Shown here: one piece after another, positions 30,228 to 41,200 of the stretch
Numbering within the stretch: position 1 is the first letter of the stretch
How the letters are laid out: each line of letters starts with the position of its first letter
NCBI GenBank assembly: GCA_963761335.1
Contig: CAVXGR010000021.1
Span: 78,242 to 142,241, forward strand
From: an uncultured delta proteobacterium
GTDB lineage: Bacteria > Desulfobacterota > Binatia > HRBIN30 > BPIQ01
Direction: 5' to 3'
Length of the DNA stretch: 64,000 bases
Made by a program: the position numbers and the translations under genes
The notes under the pieces: model-generated
The model's database searches: none
Seen by the model: only the letters and a program-made list of their open reading frames with translations
What the model was told of the DNA's origin: nothing

Positions 30228-30349
30228 TCGCGTCTGGGCACAGTGCGTCATGAGCCTGCGGCTCACCAACAGACGATCAAAATGAGGCTGGGGATCTGCC
30301 CCGTAGAGAGATTTGGCGGTTCTCGCCTGGGCGAAGTTCGCTCCGGAGG

Positions 30350-30610
30350 GGCGGTGGCGTGTAGCCCCGGGTGAAACCCGGGGAAGAATGCGCGCTCCGT
30401 CAGGCGCGCCCCGGCAGGGGCGCGGGCAAGTTTTCGTCGATGTCACGCCTGTGCGCCGATGGTCACCGCTGGGTTGCGTGGGAAGCTCATCGACTTGATT
30501 CACGCGGCCTCTACGCCCGCGCCCCTGCGGGGCGCTGATCTGGGCCGACCGGAACGCGGTCCCCGGGTTAACACCCGGGGCTACATGCCTGCGCCCCTCC
30601 GGGGCGATAA
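30350..30610. repeat. Cluster of GC-rich REP-like palindromic units (TGTAGCCCCGGGTGAAACCCGGGG; GGGGCTACATGCCTGCGCCCCTCCGGGGCG) in a 540-bp gene-free region
   Basis: The same units recur at 45231-45387. Hairpins were seen directly. Confidence 0.55.
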
Positions 30611-30770
30611 GCCTCCACGCCAAGCGCCGGTACGCTCCGCCAGACCTTCACCCAACAGATTTTCGAAGCAGGCAACTTTTCGTCGCCGATCGGTGACTGC
30701 TTGATCGAAGCGGCGCTGTGCCGAAAAGGAGCCTGTCCCCTTCTGCAGCCCTAAGGCACTTGCATCGCCG

Positions 30771-31181
30771 CTAGCTGCACGCCGGCGCCGTCTCCACCAG
30801 CGCCGTGCCGATCACCAGCCGGTCGCCCTCGGCACTCTCCATCCAGACGTCGCACCCGATGGCACTGCCGCCGCCGGGGATCTCGCGCCTCTCGGTGACG
30901 TTGCCGCGCACGTGCACCGTCTGCCCGGCGACCACCGGAGCGCGGAAAGTGGTGCCGAGCTTGCGAATGCGGACACCGGGTCTCCAGTGCAGCAGCGCTC
31001 GCGCGATCAGCGCCAGCGACAGGTTGCCGGGGGCGATCTGGCCGGGAAGGCCCTCGGCGCGCGCCTGTGCTGCGTCGGTGAAGCGGCCGAAATCCATGCC
31101 GATGCCGCGGGCGTAGCCGGCGACGAATTCGGCGGAGAGATCGACGCTCAGCTCGGGCAGCTCATCGCCGATGTCGATCAT
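30771..31181 (-). CDS. MaoC-like (R)-specific enoyl-CoA hydratase/dehydratase, hot-dog fold
   Basis: 136 aa with a MaoC C-terminal-type hot-dog domain. ATGA overlap with the upstream gene. Confidence 0.75.
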   Translation of the reverse strand: MIDIGDELPELSVDLSAEFVAGYARGIGMDFGRFTDAAQARAEGLPGQIAPGNLSLALIARALLHWRPGVRIRKLGTTFRAPVVAGQTVHVRGNVTERREIPGGGSAIGCDVWMESAEGDRLVIGTALVETAPACS

Positions 31182-31645
31182 CGCCGCGGCGCGTCTCCCT
31201 TCTGCATCATGCGCGAGTCGACCGTGGCCACCATCTCGCCGCGCTGGTTGGTGAGCGCCGTGCGGAAGACGATGAAGTACATCGGTCCGGAGCGGCCGGT
31301 CTTCTCGTAGATGTCGTGAATGCTCGAGGAGATGGTGATGCGATCGCCGGGGCGGATGGGCTCGCCGAACTCGATGTCCTTGCCGGCGTCGAAGCCGAGG
31401 CGCCGCATCTGGCGGACGACCTCGCCGGGAGCGAGCTTCTCGCCGCGCAGCCGCACGACGAAGCTCGGATGCGCCACCAGGCCGCCGTACGGTCCGGTCG
31501 CGGCGGCGCTCTCGTCGAGGTAGATCGGGTCGCTCTCACCGAGGCTGCGGGCGTAGGCGACGAGCTCCGCGGCGGTGACCGGCCCGTAGGTGGCGCTGTC
31601 GTACTCCTTGCCGATGAGGCTGCGGTCGATGTCGAGAAACGACAT
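31178..31645 (-). CDS. MaoC/FAS1-like N-terminal hot-dog domain protein (partner of 30771..31181)
   Basis: 155 aa. The split two-gene hot-dog hydratase arrangement is inferred from adjacency and overlap. Confidence 0.65.
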   Translation of the reverse strand: MSFLDIDRSLIGKEYDSATYGPVTAAELVAYARSLGESDPIYLDESAAATGPYGGLVAHPSFVVRLRGEKLAPGEVVRQMRRLGFDAGKDIEFGEPIRPGDRITISSSIHDIYEKTGRSGPMYFIVFRTALTNQRGEMVATVDSRMMQKGDAPRR

Positions 31646-31699
31646 GGTCCCCGATGACTATCTCATTGCAGAAATACGAGGAAGTCCCACGCAACGGCG

Positions 31700-32458
31700 C
31701 TACGGCGCAACCTCGCCGCAGCGGCGCAGGGAGCGCTCGGCGGCGCGCCGCAGGCTCGCGTCATTGCTGGCGGCGGCGCGGCGGAGGGCGTGGCGCACGG
31801 CCTCGCTGTCGCCGGCGATATCGCCGAGCCGCCCGGCGGCGGCGCGCCGCAGCCCCGGGCGATCGCCGGCGAGCAGGCGCAGGGTCGCCTCGCGAAAGCG
31901 GGCGTCCGTGGGGGCCAGGCGCGCCAGTGTCGACAGCGCTGCCATGGCGACGCCGTCGCCGGCGCCGTCCAGCGCCGCCAGTGCCGCCTCGCGCACCGCC
32001 TCGCTGTCCTCGCCGAGATCGCGCAGGCAATAAAGGGCCATCTTGCGCAGTTCCGGGCTTCCGCCGCGCGCGGCGCCGAGGAGATCGTCCGCCGCCTCCG
32101 GGCATTCGCGGACGAGGCGTACGGCGATCGTCGCCGCCGCCCAGCGCACGTCGCCGTCAACGCTGCCCAGTGCCTCGAGCAGCGCCGCGCGCGCCGGGAG
32201 CAGATCGCCGCCGAGCAGCGACAATGCGTAGGCGGCGCCCCAGCGCCGGCCCGGCTCGGGTGCCGCCATCGCCGCGATCACCGGCTCGCGCACCGCGACC
32301 CCCGCCGCCGCAAGCCGGGCGCAGGCCTCGGCGGCGCGCCGCTGCACCCGTTTCTGCGGGTGGCCGAGGCACTCGACCAGAGCGGCGACCTCGGCGCTGC
32401 CGGCATCCGCGGTCAGCGCCTCGATGGCGGCGAGGCGCTGGCTGGCGTCGTCGCTCAC
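31700..32458 (-). CDS. HEAT-repeat (PBS-lyase-type) protein
   Basis: Repeated A/L-rich HEAT units (...VRWAAATIAVRL..., ...LRKMALYCLRDLG...). GTG start at 32458 overlapping the upstream stop (GTGA). Confidence 0.6.
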   Translation of the reverse strand: MSDDASQRLAAIEALTADAGSAEVAALVECLGHPQKRVQRRAAEACARLAAAGVAVREPVIAAMAAPEPGRRWGAAYALSLLGGDLLPARAALLEALGSVDGDVRWAAATIAVRLVRECPEAADDLLGAARGGSPELRKMALYCLRDLGEDSEAVREAALAALDGAGDGVAMAALSTLARLAPTDARFREATLRLLAGDRPGLRRAAAGRLGDIAGDSEAVRHALRRAAASNDASLRRAAERSLRRCGEVAP

Positions 32459-33522
32459 GCGGAAAGTCCCCGCGTGATCATGTCGGCGATGGTGCGCAGG
32501 CGGCCGATGCCGAGAATGTAGTTGTGCGGATCGCTGTAGATCTCGTTGGCGACCGCGTCGATTGCCCGCCAGTCGGTCGGGCAGAGGCGCAGCTCGTGCT
32601 CGAGCCGCTCGATGCCGGCGGCGTTGGCGAGAAAGTCTCCGGAGAACATGATCTCCTTGACGAAGCGCTCCTGCTCGAGCGAGAAGCTCGCCTCGAACGA
32701 GCCGAGCTGTACCCACAGGGAGGCGCGGCGATCGAGCTCGGGCCGCGGGCGTCGCTGTTGCAGCCAGCTGTCCGAGGCGAACTCGCGGGCGGCGACTGCC
32801 TCGATGGCGCGCGTCTCCAGGGCGGTCAGCGGGTGCGGGTCGCAGACGAGGCCGAACTGCTTGCAGAACCCACGGCGCAGCATCTCGGCGATGTCACCAA
32901 AGGAGAGGCGGGTGCGCAGCTCGCGCAGCAAGGAGGTGGTGGAATCGGGGGTCAGCATCTCGATCTTGATCAGACCCCCGGGGTCGACCCGTTCGAGCAG
33001 CGTGGGAAGGATGCTGAAGTCGCGGGTGTTGGCAATGACCGCCTCGAACAGCAGCGCTCCCGCCTCGTCCGTCTCGAACGATACCAGCCCGAGAACGCGG
33101 CGGTCGACGGTGATGAAGTCGCGGCCGGGATAGAAGGCGGGGACGTTCACCAGCTTGCAGGCCTCGAGGATGCCGCGCACATAGCGGTTCATCACCTGGT
33201 ACGGCGCCAGCACCAGCGGATCGTCGGAGTAGAGCGCCGAGCGGTGCGGCAGGACCAGCGACAGGCCGATGAAGCCGTCGCCGAAGGGCACGGCGCGACC
33301 GCCGGTGTGCCGCCGCCACAGCCGGGGAGCGGCCGCCTGGTCGTTGGGCGGGGCGAGGTGATAGCGGCCGATCGACACGGCGTCACCGCCGAAGCTGTAG
33401 ATGCGCAGCACCGCCGGGCGCATCCGCGAGGCGCGCCGCACCGCGGTCATGAAGTGGCGGTCTGCCGCCAGACTCATGGCCGGCTCGATCTTCTCCTGGG
33501 TGACGAAGTCGGCGGTGATCAT
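32455..33522 (-). CDS. Lipoate/biotin protein ligase (BPL/LPL catalytic-domain) family protein
   Basis: 355 aa with weak LplA-like similarity (RLHSRGGAV-type region ...RRHTGGRAVPFGDGFIGLSLVL...). The assignment is tentative. Confidence 0.5.
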   Translation of the reverse strand: MITADFVTQEKIEPAMSLAADRHFMTAVRRASRMRPAVLRIYSFGGDAVSIGRYHLAPPNDQAAAPRLWRRHTGGRAVPFGDGFIGLSLVLPHRSALYSDDPLVLAPYQVMNRYVRGILEACKLVNVPAFYPGRDFITVDRRVLGLVSFETDEAGALLFEAVIANTRDFSILPTLLERVDPGGLIKIEMLTPDSTTSLLRELRTRLSFGDIAEMLRRGFCKQFGLVCDPHPLTALETRAIEAVAAREFASDSWLQQRRPRPELDRRASLWVQLGSFEASFSLEQERFVKEIMFSGDFLANAAGIERLEHELRLCPTDWRAIDAVANEIYSDPHNYILGIGRLRTIADMITRGLSA

Positions 33523-33745
33523 CGGCTAGCCGGGATCATCGCTTCCCCATCGACGGCATCGGGGGGAGGGTTCACAGATCGATAGTACCGCCCGGCCGGG
33601 TGGCAGCGGAAGAGCCCGGGGCTGCATCGGACGGCATCGTAGGCGGAGGCCAGCGCCGGCGCAATCGGGTGCGCCGGTCTTTGACTTTGCAGGCTGATGT
33701 GGGAACAAAGGCGCTCCGAGCCGCTGGCCCCTCCCGCCGAACGAA

Positions 33746-34576
33746 ATGCGCACCCCGAGCGAGCACACCATCGAGGCCAATGGCCTGCGACTCCACTACC
33801 TCGAGTGGGGGAAGGCGCCGTCGCCGACACTGCTTCTCATTCACGGCGGCTCGGCGCACGCCCACTGGTGGGACTTCTTTGCCGCGGCGGTCGCCGATCG
33901 CTACCGCGTCGTCTGCCCCGACCTGCGCGGCCACGGCGACAGCGGTCAGCCGGAGCCGGCGCGCTACGAGATCGAGGACTATGTCGCCGACGTGGCCGCA
34001 GTCGTCGAGGCGACCGGCGCCCGCCGCCTCGCCGTGGTCGGCCACTCGATGGGCGGCGCCGTGGCGGCGGCCTATGCGCACCGCGCCGGCGATGCCGTCG
34101 AAGCCCTGGTGCTCGTCGACATGCGGGTGCGCACCGGCGCCGGCAGCCGCCGCTATCTCGAGCGGCTGGCGCAGGTTCCCCATCCCGTCTATTCGTCGCG
34201 GGCCGAAGGCGTTCGCCGCTTTCGGCTCCTGCCGAGTGCCCACGGTGCCTCGCGGCCGGTGCTCGAGCACGTCGCCGCCCACGGCCTGCGCGATCTCGCC
34301 GGCGGCCGCAGCACGCCGAAGTTCGCGCGCGCCGCCCTGGCGGCTGCTGCCCTGCGCGACGTCAGCGCCGAGCTCGGCGCCCTCTCCTGCCCGCTCCTCT
34401 TCGTGCGCGGCGCACACAGCACCGCGGCGCCGCCGGCGGCCGCGGCCGAGGTGTGCGCCGTTGCCCCACAGGCGCGCGTGGTGGAGATCCCCGACGCCCA
34501 CCACCACGTCATGCTGGACAATCCACAGGCCTTCGAGCGCGCCGTGGCGGGCTTTCTGGACGCGGCGCTGGGCTGA
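33746..34576 (+). CDS. Alpha/beta-fold hydrolase
   Basis: [10 protein letters not shown] oxyanion region, nucleophile elbow GHSMGG, C-terminal His (DAHHHV). Confidence 0.8.
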   Translation: MRTPSEHTIEANGLRLHYLEWGKAPSPTLLLIHGGSAHAHWWDFFAAAVADRYRVVCPDLRGHGDSGQPEPARYEIEDYVADVAAVVEATGARRLAVVGHSMGGAVAAAYAHRAGDAVEALVLVDMRVRTGAGSRRYLERLAQVPHPVYSSRAEGVRRFRLLPSAHGASRPVLEHVAAHGLRDLAGGRSTPKFARAALAAAALRDVSAELGALSCPLLFVRGAHSTAAPPAAAAEVCAVAPQARVVEIPDAHHHVMLDNPQAFERAVAGFLDAALG

Positions 34577-34623
34577 CCCCGGCGCGTGGTACAATCACCT
34601 GCGGATGGGGAAGGGGAAGCGCG

Positions 34624-36318
34624 ATGGCCGCCGATCTCAAGCACCGCAGCCGGGCTCTCACGCAGGGACCCGACCGCGCCCCGGCGCGGGCGATGTTCAA
34701 GGCGATCGGCCTGGGCGATGAAGACCTCGAGCGGCCGCTGATCGGCGTCGCCAACACCTGGACCGAGGTGATGCCGTGCAACTTCCACCTGCGCCGTCTC
34801 TCGGCGAAGGTGAAGGAAGGCATTCGCGCCGCCGGCGGCACGCCCATCGAGTTCAACACCATCGCCGTCTCCGACGGCATCTCCATGGGGACCGAGGGCA
34901 TGAAGTGCTCACTGGTGAGCCGCGAGGTGATTGCCGACTCGATCGAGCTGGTGGCGCGAGGCCATCTCTTCGACGCCGTCGTGGCGCTTTCCGGCTGCGA
35001 CAAGACCATCCCGGGGACGGTGATGGCGCTGGCGCGCCTCGACCTGCCGTCGCTGATGCTCTACGGCGGATCGATCGAGCCGGGGCGCCTCGGCGGTCGC
35101 GACCTGACCGTTCAGGACGTCTTCGAAGCGGTCGGCGCCTACAGCGCCGGCAGGGCCACGGCAGAGGAGCTGCGCGCCGTCGAGAACGCCGCCTGCCCCG
35201 GGCCCGGAGCGTGCGGTGGGCAGTTCACTGCCAACACCATGGCGATGGCCTTCGAGATCATGGGCATCTCGCCGCCGGGGACCGCCAGCGTGCCGGCGAT
35301 GCATCCGGCCAAGGACGAGGTCGCCTTCGCCACCGGGGAGCGGGTGATGGATCTGCTGCGGCTCGGCCTTTCGGCGCGCCGCGTCGTCACGCGGCCGGCG
35401 ATCGAGAACGCCATTGCCGCGGTGGCCGCCTCGGGCGGCTCCACCAATGCCGTCCTGCACCTCCTCGCCGTCGCCCACGAGGCCGGCGTCGACATTGGCA
35501 TCGACGATTTCGGCCGCATCAGCGAGGCGACGCCGCTGCTCGCCGATCTCAAGCCCGGCGGGCGTTTCGTCGCCACCGATCTCTACCGCGCCGGCGGCGT
35601 GCCGCTGCTGGCGCGTCGTTTGCTCGATGCCGGCCTGCTCCACGAGAGCGCCATCACCGTGAGCGGGCGCAGCATCGGCGAGGAGGCGCGCGCCGCCGTG
35701 GAAAGCCCGGGGCAGGAGGTGGTGCGGCCGCTGGCGGCGCCGCTCAAGCCGAGCGGCGGCTTGGTCATCCTCAAGGGCAACCTCGCCCCCGAGGGTGCCG
35801 TGGTGAAGATCGCCGGCCACGAGCGGCTGGCGCACCGCGGGCCGGCGCGGGTCTTCGACTGCGAGGAGGATGCCTTCGCCGCGGTGCAAGGGCGGCGCAT
35901 CGCCGCCGGCGACGTGGTCGTCATTCGCTACGAGGGCCCGGTCGGCGGCCCGGGGATGCGCGAGATGCTCGGCGTCACGGCGGCTCTCGTCGGCCAGGGC
36001 CTCGGCGAGACAGTGGCGCTGCTGACCGACGGACGCTTCTCGGGCGCCACGCGCGGCCTGATGATCGGCCACATCGCCCCGGAGGCGGCGTGCGGCGGCG
36101 CGCTCGCCATCCTGCGCGACGGCGATCCGATTCTCATCGACGTGGCCGGCCGGCGGGTCGACGTCATCTTGAAGGACGACGAGATCAACGCCCGGCGTCG
36201 CGCCTGGACACCGCCGCCGCCGCGCTACACCGGCGGCGTCCTCGGCAAGTACGCGCGCTCGGTCTCCTCCGCCTCTCTCGGCGCCGTCACCACGGAAAGG
36301 CAGGTTGTTGGTTGTTAG
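34624..36318 (+). CDS. ilvD: Dihydroxy-acid dehydratase
   Basis: 564 aa with the ILVD/EDD signatures ([20 protein letters not shown]...) and Fe-S cysteines. The last six codons (QVVGC-stop) lie inside the heptad repeat array. Confidence 0.9.
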   Translation: MAADLKHRSRALTQGPDRAPARAMFKAIGLGDEDLERPLIGVANTWTEVMPCNFHLRRLSAKVKEGIRAAGGTPIEFNTIAVSDGISMGTEGMKCSLVSREVIADSIELVARGHLFDAVVALSGCDKTIPGTVMALARLDLPSLMLYGGSIEPGRLGGRDLTVQDVFEAVGAYSAGRATAEELRAVENAACPGPGACGGQFTANTMAMAFEIMGISPPGTASVPAMHPAKDEVAFATGERVMDLLRLGLSARRVVTRPAIENAIAAVAASGGSTNAVLHLLAVAHEAGVDIGIDDFGRISEATPLLADLKPGGRFVATDLYRAGGVPLLARRLLDAGLLHESAITVSGRSIGEEARAAVESPGQEVVRPLAAPLKPSGGLVILKGNLAPEGAVVKIAGHERLAHRGPARVFDCEEDAFAAVQGRRIAAGDVVVIRYEGPVGGPGMREMLGVTAALVGQGLGETVALLTDGRFSGATRGLMIGHIAPEAACGGALAILRDGDPILIDVAGRRVDVILKDDEINARRRAWTPPPPRYTGGVLGKYARSVSSASLGAVTTERQVVGC

Positions 36319-36416
36319 GTTGTTGGTTGTTAGGCAAGAGACTAAACCACAACCACCAACCACCAACAACCAACCACCAACCACCAACCACCAACAACCT
36401 AACAACCTAACAACCT
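36301..36416. repeat. Palindromic heptanucleotide tandem array: about 4.5x GGTTGTT(A), then about 10x AAC(C/A)ACC ending in AACAACCT x3
   Basis: Seen directly. It overlaps the ilvD stop codon and ends 10 nt before the GHMP kinase start. Confidence 0.8.
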
Positions 36417-36426
36417 GCCTCTCCCC

Positions 36427-37464
36427 ATGCGTCTCTTCGTTCCCGGCCGCCTCTGCCTCTTCGGCGAGCACTCCGACTGGGCCGGGGAGTTGCGCGCCGG
36501 CGATCCGTCGATTGCCGCGGGGGCCTGTCTGATCGCCGGCACGGATCAGGGAATTGCGGCGCACGCCGCCGCCGCGGATGCCTTCGAGATGGTCTCTCGC
36601 CTTCCCGACGGCAGCCTGCGCGGGCCCTTCGGCGTGCCCATGCAGATGGCGGCGCTGCGGCGCGCCGCGACCTCCGGCGATTTCTTCAGCTACGCCGCCG
36701 GCGTCGCCGCGGAGATCGCGGCGCAGTACTCGCCCGGAGGCGTGCGCATCGAGGTCGAGTCGATGACCCTGCCGATCGGGCGCGGGCTCTCTTCCTCGGC
36801 GGCGATCTGTGTGCTGGCGGCGCGCGCCTTCAACCGCGTCCACGGGCTGCAGATGAGCCTGCGGCAGGAGATGGAACTCGCCTACCGCGGCGAGCGCGCC
36901 GCCGGCTCGCAGTGTGGCCGCATGGACCAGGGCTGCGCCTTCGGCAAGCGCCCGGTCCTGCTGCACTTCGACGGCGACCTTTTCGAAGCCGAGCCGCTCT
37001 CGGTGGGAGCGCCTCTGTCCCTGCTGATCGTCGACCTGCGCCGCCGCAAGGACACGCGCCGCATCCTCGCCGACCTCAACGCCGCCTTTCTCGCCGCGCC
37101 GGGGCCGGCGCGGCGAGCCCTGCGGTGCGCCCTCGGTGCGCAGAACCTCGAGCTGGTGGCGGGCGCGCGCGCCGCCCTCGAAGGCGGCGATGCTCCGCGG
37201 CTCGGCGAGCTGATGGGCGAGGCCCAGGATCTGTTCGATCGCGCCGTGGCGCCGGCGTGCTGGGGTGAGCTGGAGGCCCCGGGACTGCACGCGCTGCTCT
37301 CTCATCCGGCGGTGCGCCGGCTCACCTGGGGAGGGAAGGGCGTCGGCTCGCAGGGAGACGGCGCCGCCCAGCTCGTCTGCCGCGGCGCCGAGGAGCGCGC
37401 GGCGCTGGTCCGCGCCCTCGCCGGCGAATCCGTCGACTGCCTGCCGCTGACGATCGCTCCGTAG
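36427..37464 (+). CDS. GHMP kinase family protein
   Basis: GHMP ATP-binding motif PIGRGLSSSAAICVLAA. 345 aa. Confidence 0.8.
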   Translation: MRLFVPGRLCLFGEHSDWAGELRAGDPSIAAGACLIAGTDQGIAAHAAAADAFEMVSRLPDGSLRGPFGVPMQMAALRRAATSGDFFSYAAGVAAEIAAQYSPGGVRIEVESMTLPIGRGLSSSAAICVLAARAFNRVHGLQMSLRQEMELAYRGERAAGSQCGRMDQGCAFGKRPVLLHFDGDLFEAEPLSVGAPLSLLIVDLRRRKDTRRILADLNAAFLAAPGPARRALRCALGAQNLELVAGARAALEGGDAPRLGELMGEAQDLFDRAVAPACWGELEAPGLHALLSHPAVRRLTWGGKGVGSQGDGAAQLVCRGAEERAALVRALAGESVDCLPLTIAP

Positions 37465-37550
37465 CGGCGCTGCGGTCGGAGTGCGCGAGCAGTCCACTGC
37501 AGTCCACTGCGGAAATCGCGGTTCGCCGCCGGACGTGCTATAAGCACAGC

Positions 37551-37967
37551 ATGCCTTGCAAGCGCATCTGGTTGCTGTGCGGGCTCGCGATTCTGCTGGC
37601 GGGAGTGGTTGCGAGCTGCTCGCGGACGGAGCCGGCGGCCCCCACGTCGTCGATCGCTCCCGCGGATCTGTACCAGCGCCTGCAGGCCGGAAAGGCTCCG
37701 GTGATCCTCGACGTGCGCAGCCCGCAGGAGTTCGCCGCGGGACACATCGTTGGCGCCATCAACATTCCCGACACCGAGGTGCAGCAGCACCTGCCGGAGC
37801 TGAACAAGTACCGCGATCAGGAGATCGTCGTCCATTGCGCCGGCGGCAAGCGCGCCGCCAGGGCCGAGAAGGTGCTGGTCGGTGCCGGGTTCTCACACGT
37901 GCTGGATCTGCAGGGCCACATGAACGGCTGGAAGGCGAAGGGCCTGCCCACCGAACCGTCGCCCTGA
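37551..37967 (+). CDS. Rhodanese-domain lipoprotein
   Basis: Lipobox VASC. Rhodanese active-site loop CAGGKRA. Confidence 0.8.
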   Translation: MPCKRIWLLCGLAILLAGVVASCSRTEPAAPTSSIAPADLYQRLQAGKAPVILDVRSPQEFAAGHIVGAINIPDTEVQQHLPELNKYRDQEIVVHCAGGKRAARAEKVLVGAGFSHVLDLQGHMNGWKAKGLPTEPSP

Positions 37968-38189
37968 GCGGCCCACCCGCAGACGATCAACGCAGGCGGC
38001 GGTCGGAGTGCTCCCGCACCCCGTGCTCGCCGAACCTGCGCCCGCTTCGCTGTTTGGCACGGCGAGAACGCCTGCGCCAGCTGCCGCAGTGGCGGTGACG
38101 GCGCGCCGGTAGTCGGGCGATTTTGCCGGCTCTCCATCTCCGCTCACCGGTTCTCCACTCTTCATTGCCCCCGGCGGTCAAATTCGTCC

Positions 38190-38217
38190 TTGTCATGACC
38201 GGCCAGGGCGTACTAAT
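38190..38217 (+). promoter_or_regulatory. Candidate sigma-70-like promoter upstream of the beta-propeller/CCP gene pair
   Basis: TTGTCA (38190-38195), 15-16 nt spacer, TACTAAT (38211-38217). The spacing is sub-optimal, so this is a weak call. Confidence 0.2.
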
Positions 38218-38274
38218 CTCGGCGGACCGTGCGGCCGGGGGGGTCGCGGCGGGACTTCGGGAGGGGTTCATTCT

Positions 38275-41200
38275 ATGCGGCTAACGACCACCTGCGCGTA
38301 CCTGGGCCTGCTGTTGGCCTTGACTGCCGGCGAGAGCGGGGCAGTCGGATCTTTCGTCACCTTCGAGAGCGGCCAGGTGCGGCCGCTGGCGATGTCGCCG
38401 GACGGCAACACGCTGTTCGCTGTCAACACTCCGGACGATCGGCTGGAGACCTTCTCCGTCGATTCTTTTGGCCTGACCCATACGGGGTCGGTGCCGGTCG
38501 GCATGGAGCCGGTCGCCGTCGCGGCGCGCACCAATACCGAGGTGTGGGTGGTCAACCACCTCTCGGACAGCATCAGCATCGTCGACATGAGCCTGGTTCC
38601 GCCGCGGGTGATTCGCACTCTGCTGGTCGGCGACGAGCCGCGCGACATCGTCTTCGCCGGTGCCGCCCACGACCGCGCCTTCATCACCACGGCGCATCGC
38701 GGCCAGAACGATCCCATCGATCCGCAGCTCACCACGCCGGGAGTGGGGCGCGCCGACGTCTGGGTGTTCGACGCCATCAATCTGGGGCTGTCCCTGGGCG
38801 GCGACCCGCTGACCATCATCACGCTCTTCGCCGACACGCCTCGTGCCCTGGCCGTCACCCCCGACGGCTCCACGGTGTACGCGGCCTCCTTTCTCTCCGG
38901 GAACGAAACGACGGCGGTCTCCGAAGGCGCGGTGTGTGACACCAGCGACGCCAACGTCAACAATGAGGTGGTGGAGCTCGCTTGCAGCATCCAGGGCGTC
39001 ACCATGCCCGGCGGGCTGCCGCTGCCGCACCACAACTCCGCCGGCGACCGGGCCCCGGAGGTCGGGCTGATCGTCAAGTACGACGGCAGCCACTGGGTGG
39101 ATCAGCTGGGCCGCAGCTGGGACAACGCCGTCAAGTTCTCGCTGCCCGACGAAGACGTCTTCTCCATCAATGCCAACGCCACCCCTCCAGCGCAGACCGG
39201 CTTCTTCACCCATGTCGGCACCATGCTCTTCAACATGGCGGTGAACCCGGTGAACGGAAAGGTGTACGTGACCAACGGCGAATCGCGCAACGAGGTGCGC
39301 TTCGAGGGGCCGGGCATCACCAGCACCACGGTGCAGGGTCACCTGGCCGAGTACCGGATCACGGTGCTCGACGGAGCGAACGTGCTGCCGCGCCACCTGA
39401 ACAAGCAGATCGACTACAACGTTCGCCCGGCGCCGCTGGGGGTGAAGGACGACAGCCTGGCGACACCGCTGCAGATGGCGATCACCAGCGACGGGCAGAC
39501 GCTCTACGTCGCCGCCTTCGGCTCGAGCAAGATCGGCATCTTCAACACGGCGCAGCTGGAGAACGACACCTTCACGCCGAGCGCCGCCAACCACATCCCG
39601 GTGAGCGGTGGCGGCCCGAGCGGCATCGTCCTCGACGAGGCGCGGCAGAGGCTCTACGTCCTTACCCGTTTCGACAACGGCATCGCGGTCATCGACACCG
39701 CCACGCACAACGAGATCGACCACCTGTCGCTCTTCAATCCGGAGCCCCCGAGCGTCGTCAACGGCCGTCCGTTCCTCTACGACGCCTACTTCACCTCCAG
39801 CAACGGCGAGGCCTCCTGCTCCAGCTGTCACGTCTTCGGCGACTTCGACAACCTCGCCTGGGACCTCGGCAATCCCGACGACGTGATGATCCCCAACCCG
39901 CTGACCAAGAAGCTGCAGCAGGTGGCGCAGCTCCAGGGGACGAACGTCGATTTCGACAACTTTCATCCGATGAAGGGCCCTATGACCACGCAGACGCTGC
40001 GCGGGCTCAAGAACCACGGGACCATGCACTGGCGCGGTGACCGCGTGAACCAGAACGGCAACGTCTACGACTCCGACGTCGCTTTCCGCAACTTTCGCGT
40101 CGCCTTCCCCGGCCTGGTCGGCCGCGACTCGCAGATTCCCGAGTCCGACATGCAGGCCTTCTCCGACTTCGCCCTGCAGATCATTCAGCCGCCCAATCCC
40201 ATCCGCGCGCTCGACAACTCGTTGACCGCCGACCAGCAGGCGGGCAAGAACTTCATGACCGGCAGCCGACGCGCCGATGGCATCTTCGTCGGCGGCGGCA
40301 CCGGCTTCAACTGCGTGGGCTGCCACGTGCTCGACGCGTCCAACGGATTCTTCGGCACCAACGGCGACCAGAGCTTCGAGAACGAGACACAGGTTTTCAA
40401 GGTCGCGCAGCTGCGCAACATGTACCAGAAGGTGGGCATGTTCGGCATGCCCGGCGTCGACTTCTTCAGCAACCATTCGGGGGAGAACAACTTCATGGGG
40501 CCGCAGATCCGCGGCTTCGGTTTTCTCCACGACGGCAGCGTCGACACCGTCTTCCGCTTTCTCCACGCCAGCGTCTTCGACGACGGCGGGACCTTCAACC
40601 CGGTCGGCTTCAACGGCGGTGACACGCAGCGGCGGCAGGTCGAGCAGTTCATCCTCGCATTCGATTCCGACCTGGCGCCGATCGTCGGCCAGCAGGTGAC
40701 CCTGACCAGCACCAACGCGGCCGCCGTCTCGGCGCGCATCAGTCTCTTGGAGCAGCGCGCCGGCGCCGCCTTCGTCCTCAAGGGGATGCCGGGTGCGACC
40801 GAGTGCGACCTGGTGGTGAAGGGCGTCGTGGCCGGCGAGATGCGCGGCTGGGTGCGCACCGCCGCCGGAACCTTCCAGAGCGACCGCGCCGCCGAGTCTC
40901 CGCTGACCGACGCGCAGCTGCGGGCGCTGGCGGCGACGCCCGGAGAGGATCTGACCTTCACCGCGGTGCCCCCGGGCTCGGGCGTGCGCACCGGCATTGA
41001 TCGCGACGAGGACGGTTATCTCGACCGCGACGAGATCGACGCCGGCTCTGATCCCGCCGATGCGGCCAGTATCCCGGGCTCGGTCCCCTCACCGACCCCG
41101 ACGGCGACGACCACGGCAACCGCCACCGCGTCGACGACGATGACCTCGACACCGGTGTTGACGCCGACGATCACCAGCACGCCGATGGATACCGGAACAC

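Noticed and set aside
30350-30400. GGGTGAAAC-containing hairpin, considered as an RNase P RNA fragment
   Set aside because: It lacks the GGAAAGUCCGG and AGGGCAGGUAA-type universally conserved RNase P blocks. It fits the local REP-like repeat family instead.
33572-37497. Long minus-strand ORFs (33572..34594, 34189..34788, 34909..37497) over the alpha/beta hydrolase, ilvD and GHMP genes
   Set aside because: Antisense artefacts. The plus-strand genes have strong signatures (GHSMGG, ILVD motifs, PIGRGLSSSAAIC).
38281-40566. 761-aa minus ORF, plus 41089..42039 and 42389..43717 minus ORFs, inside the propeller-CCP genes
   Set aside because: Antisense artefacts. The plus-strand proteins show signal peptides, CxxCH motifs and paralogue colinearity.
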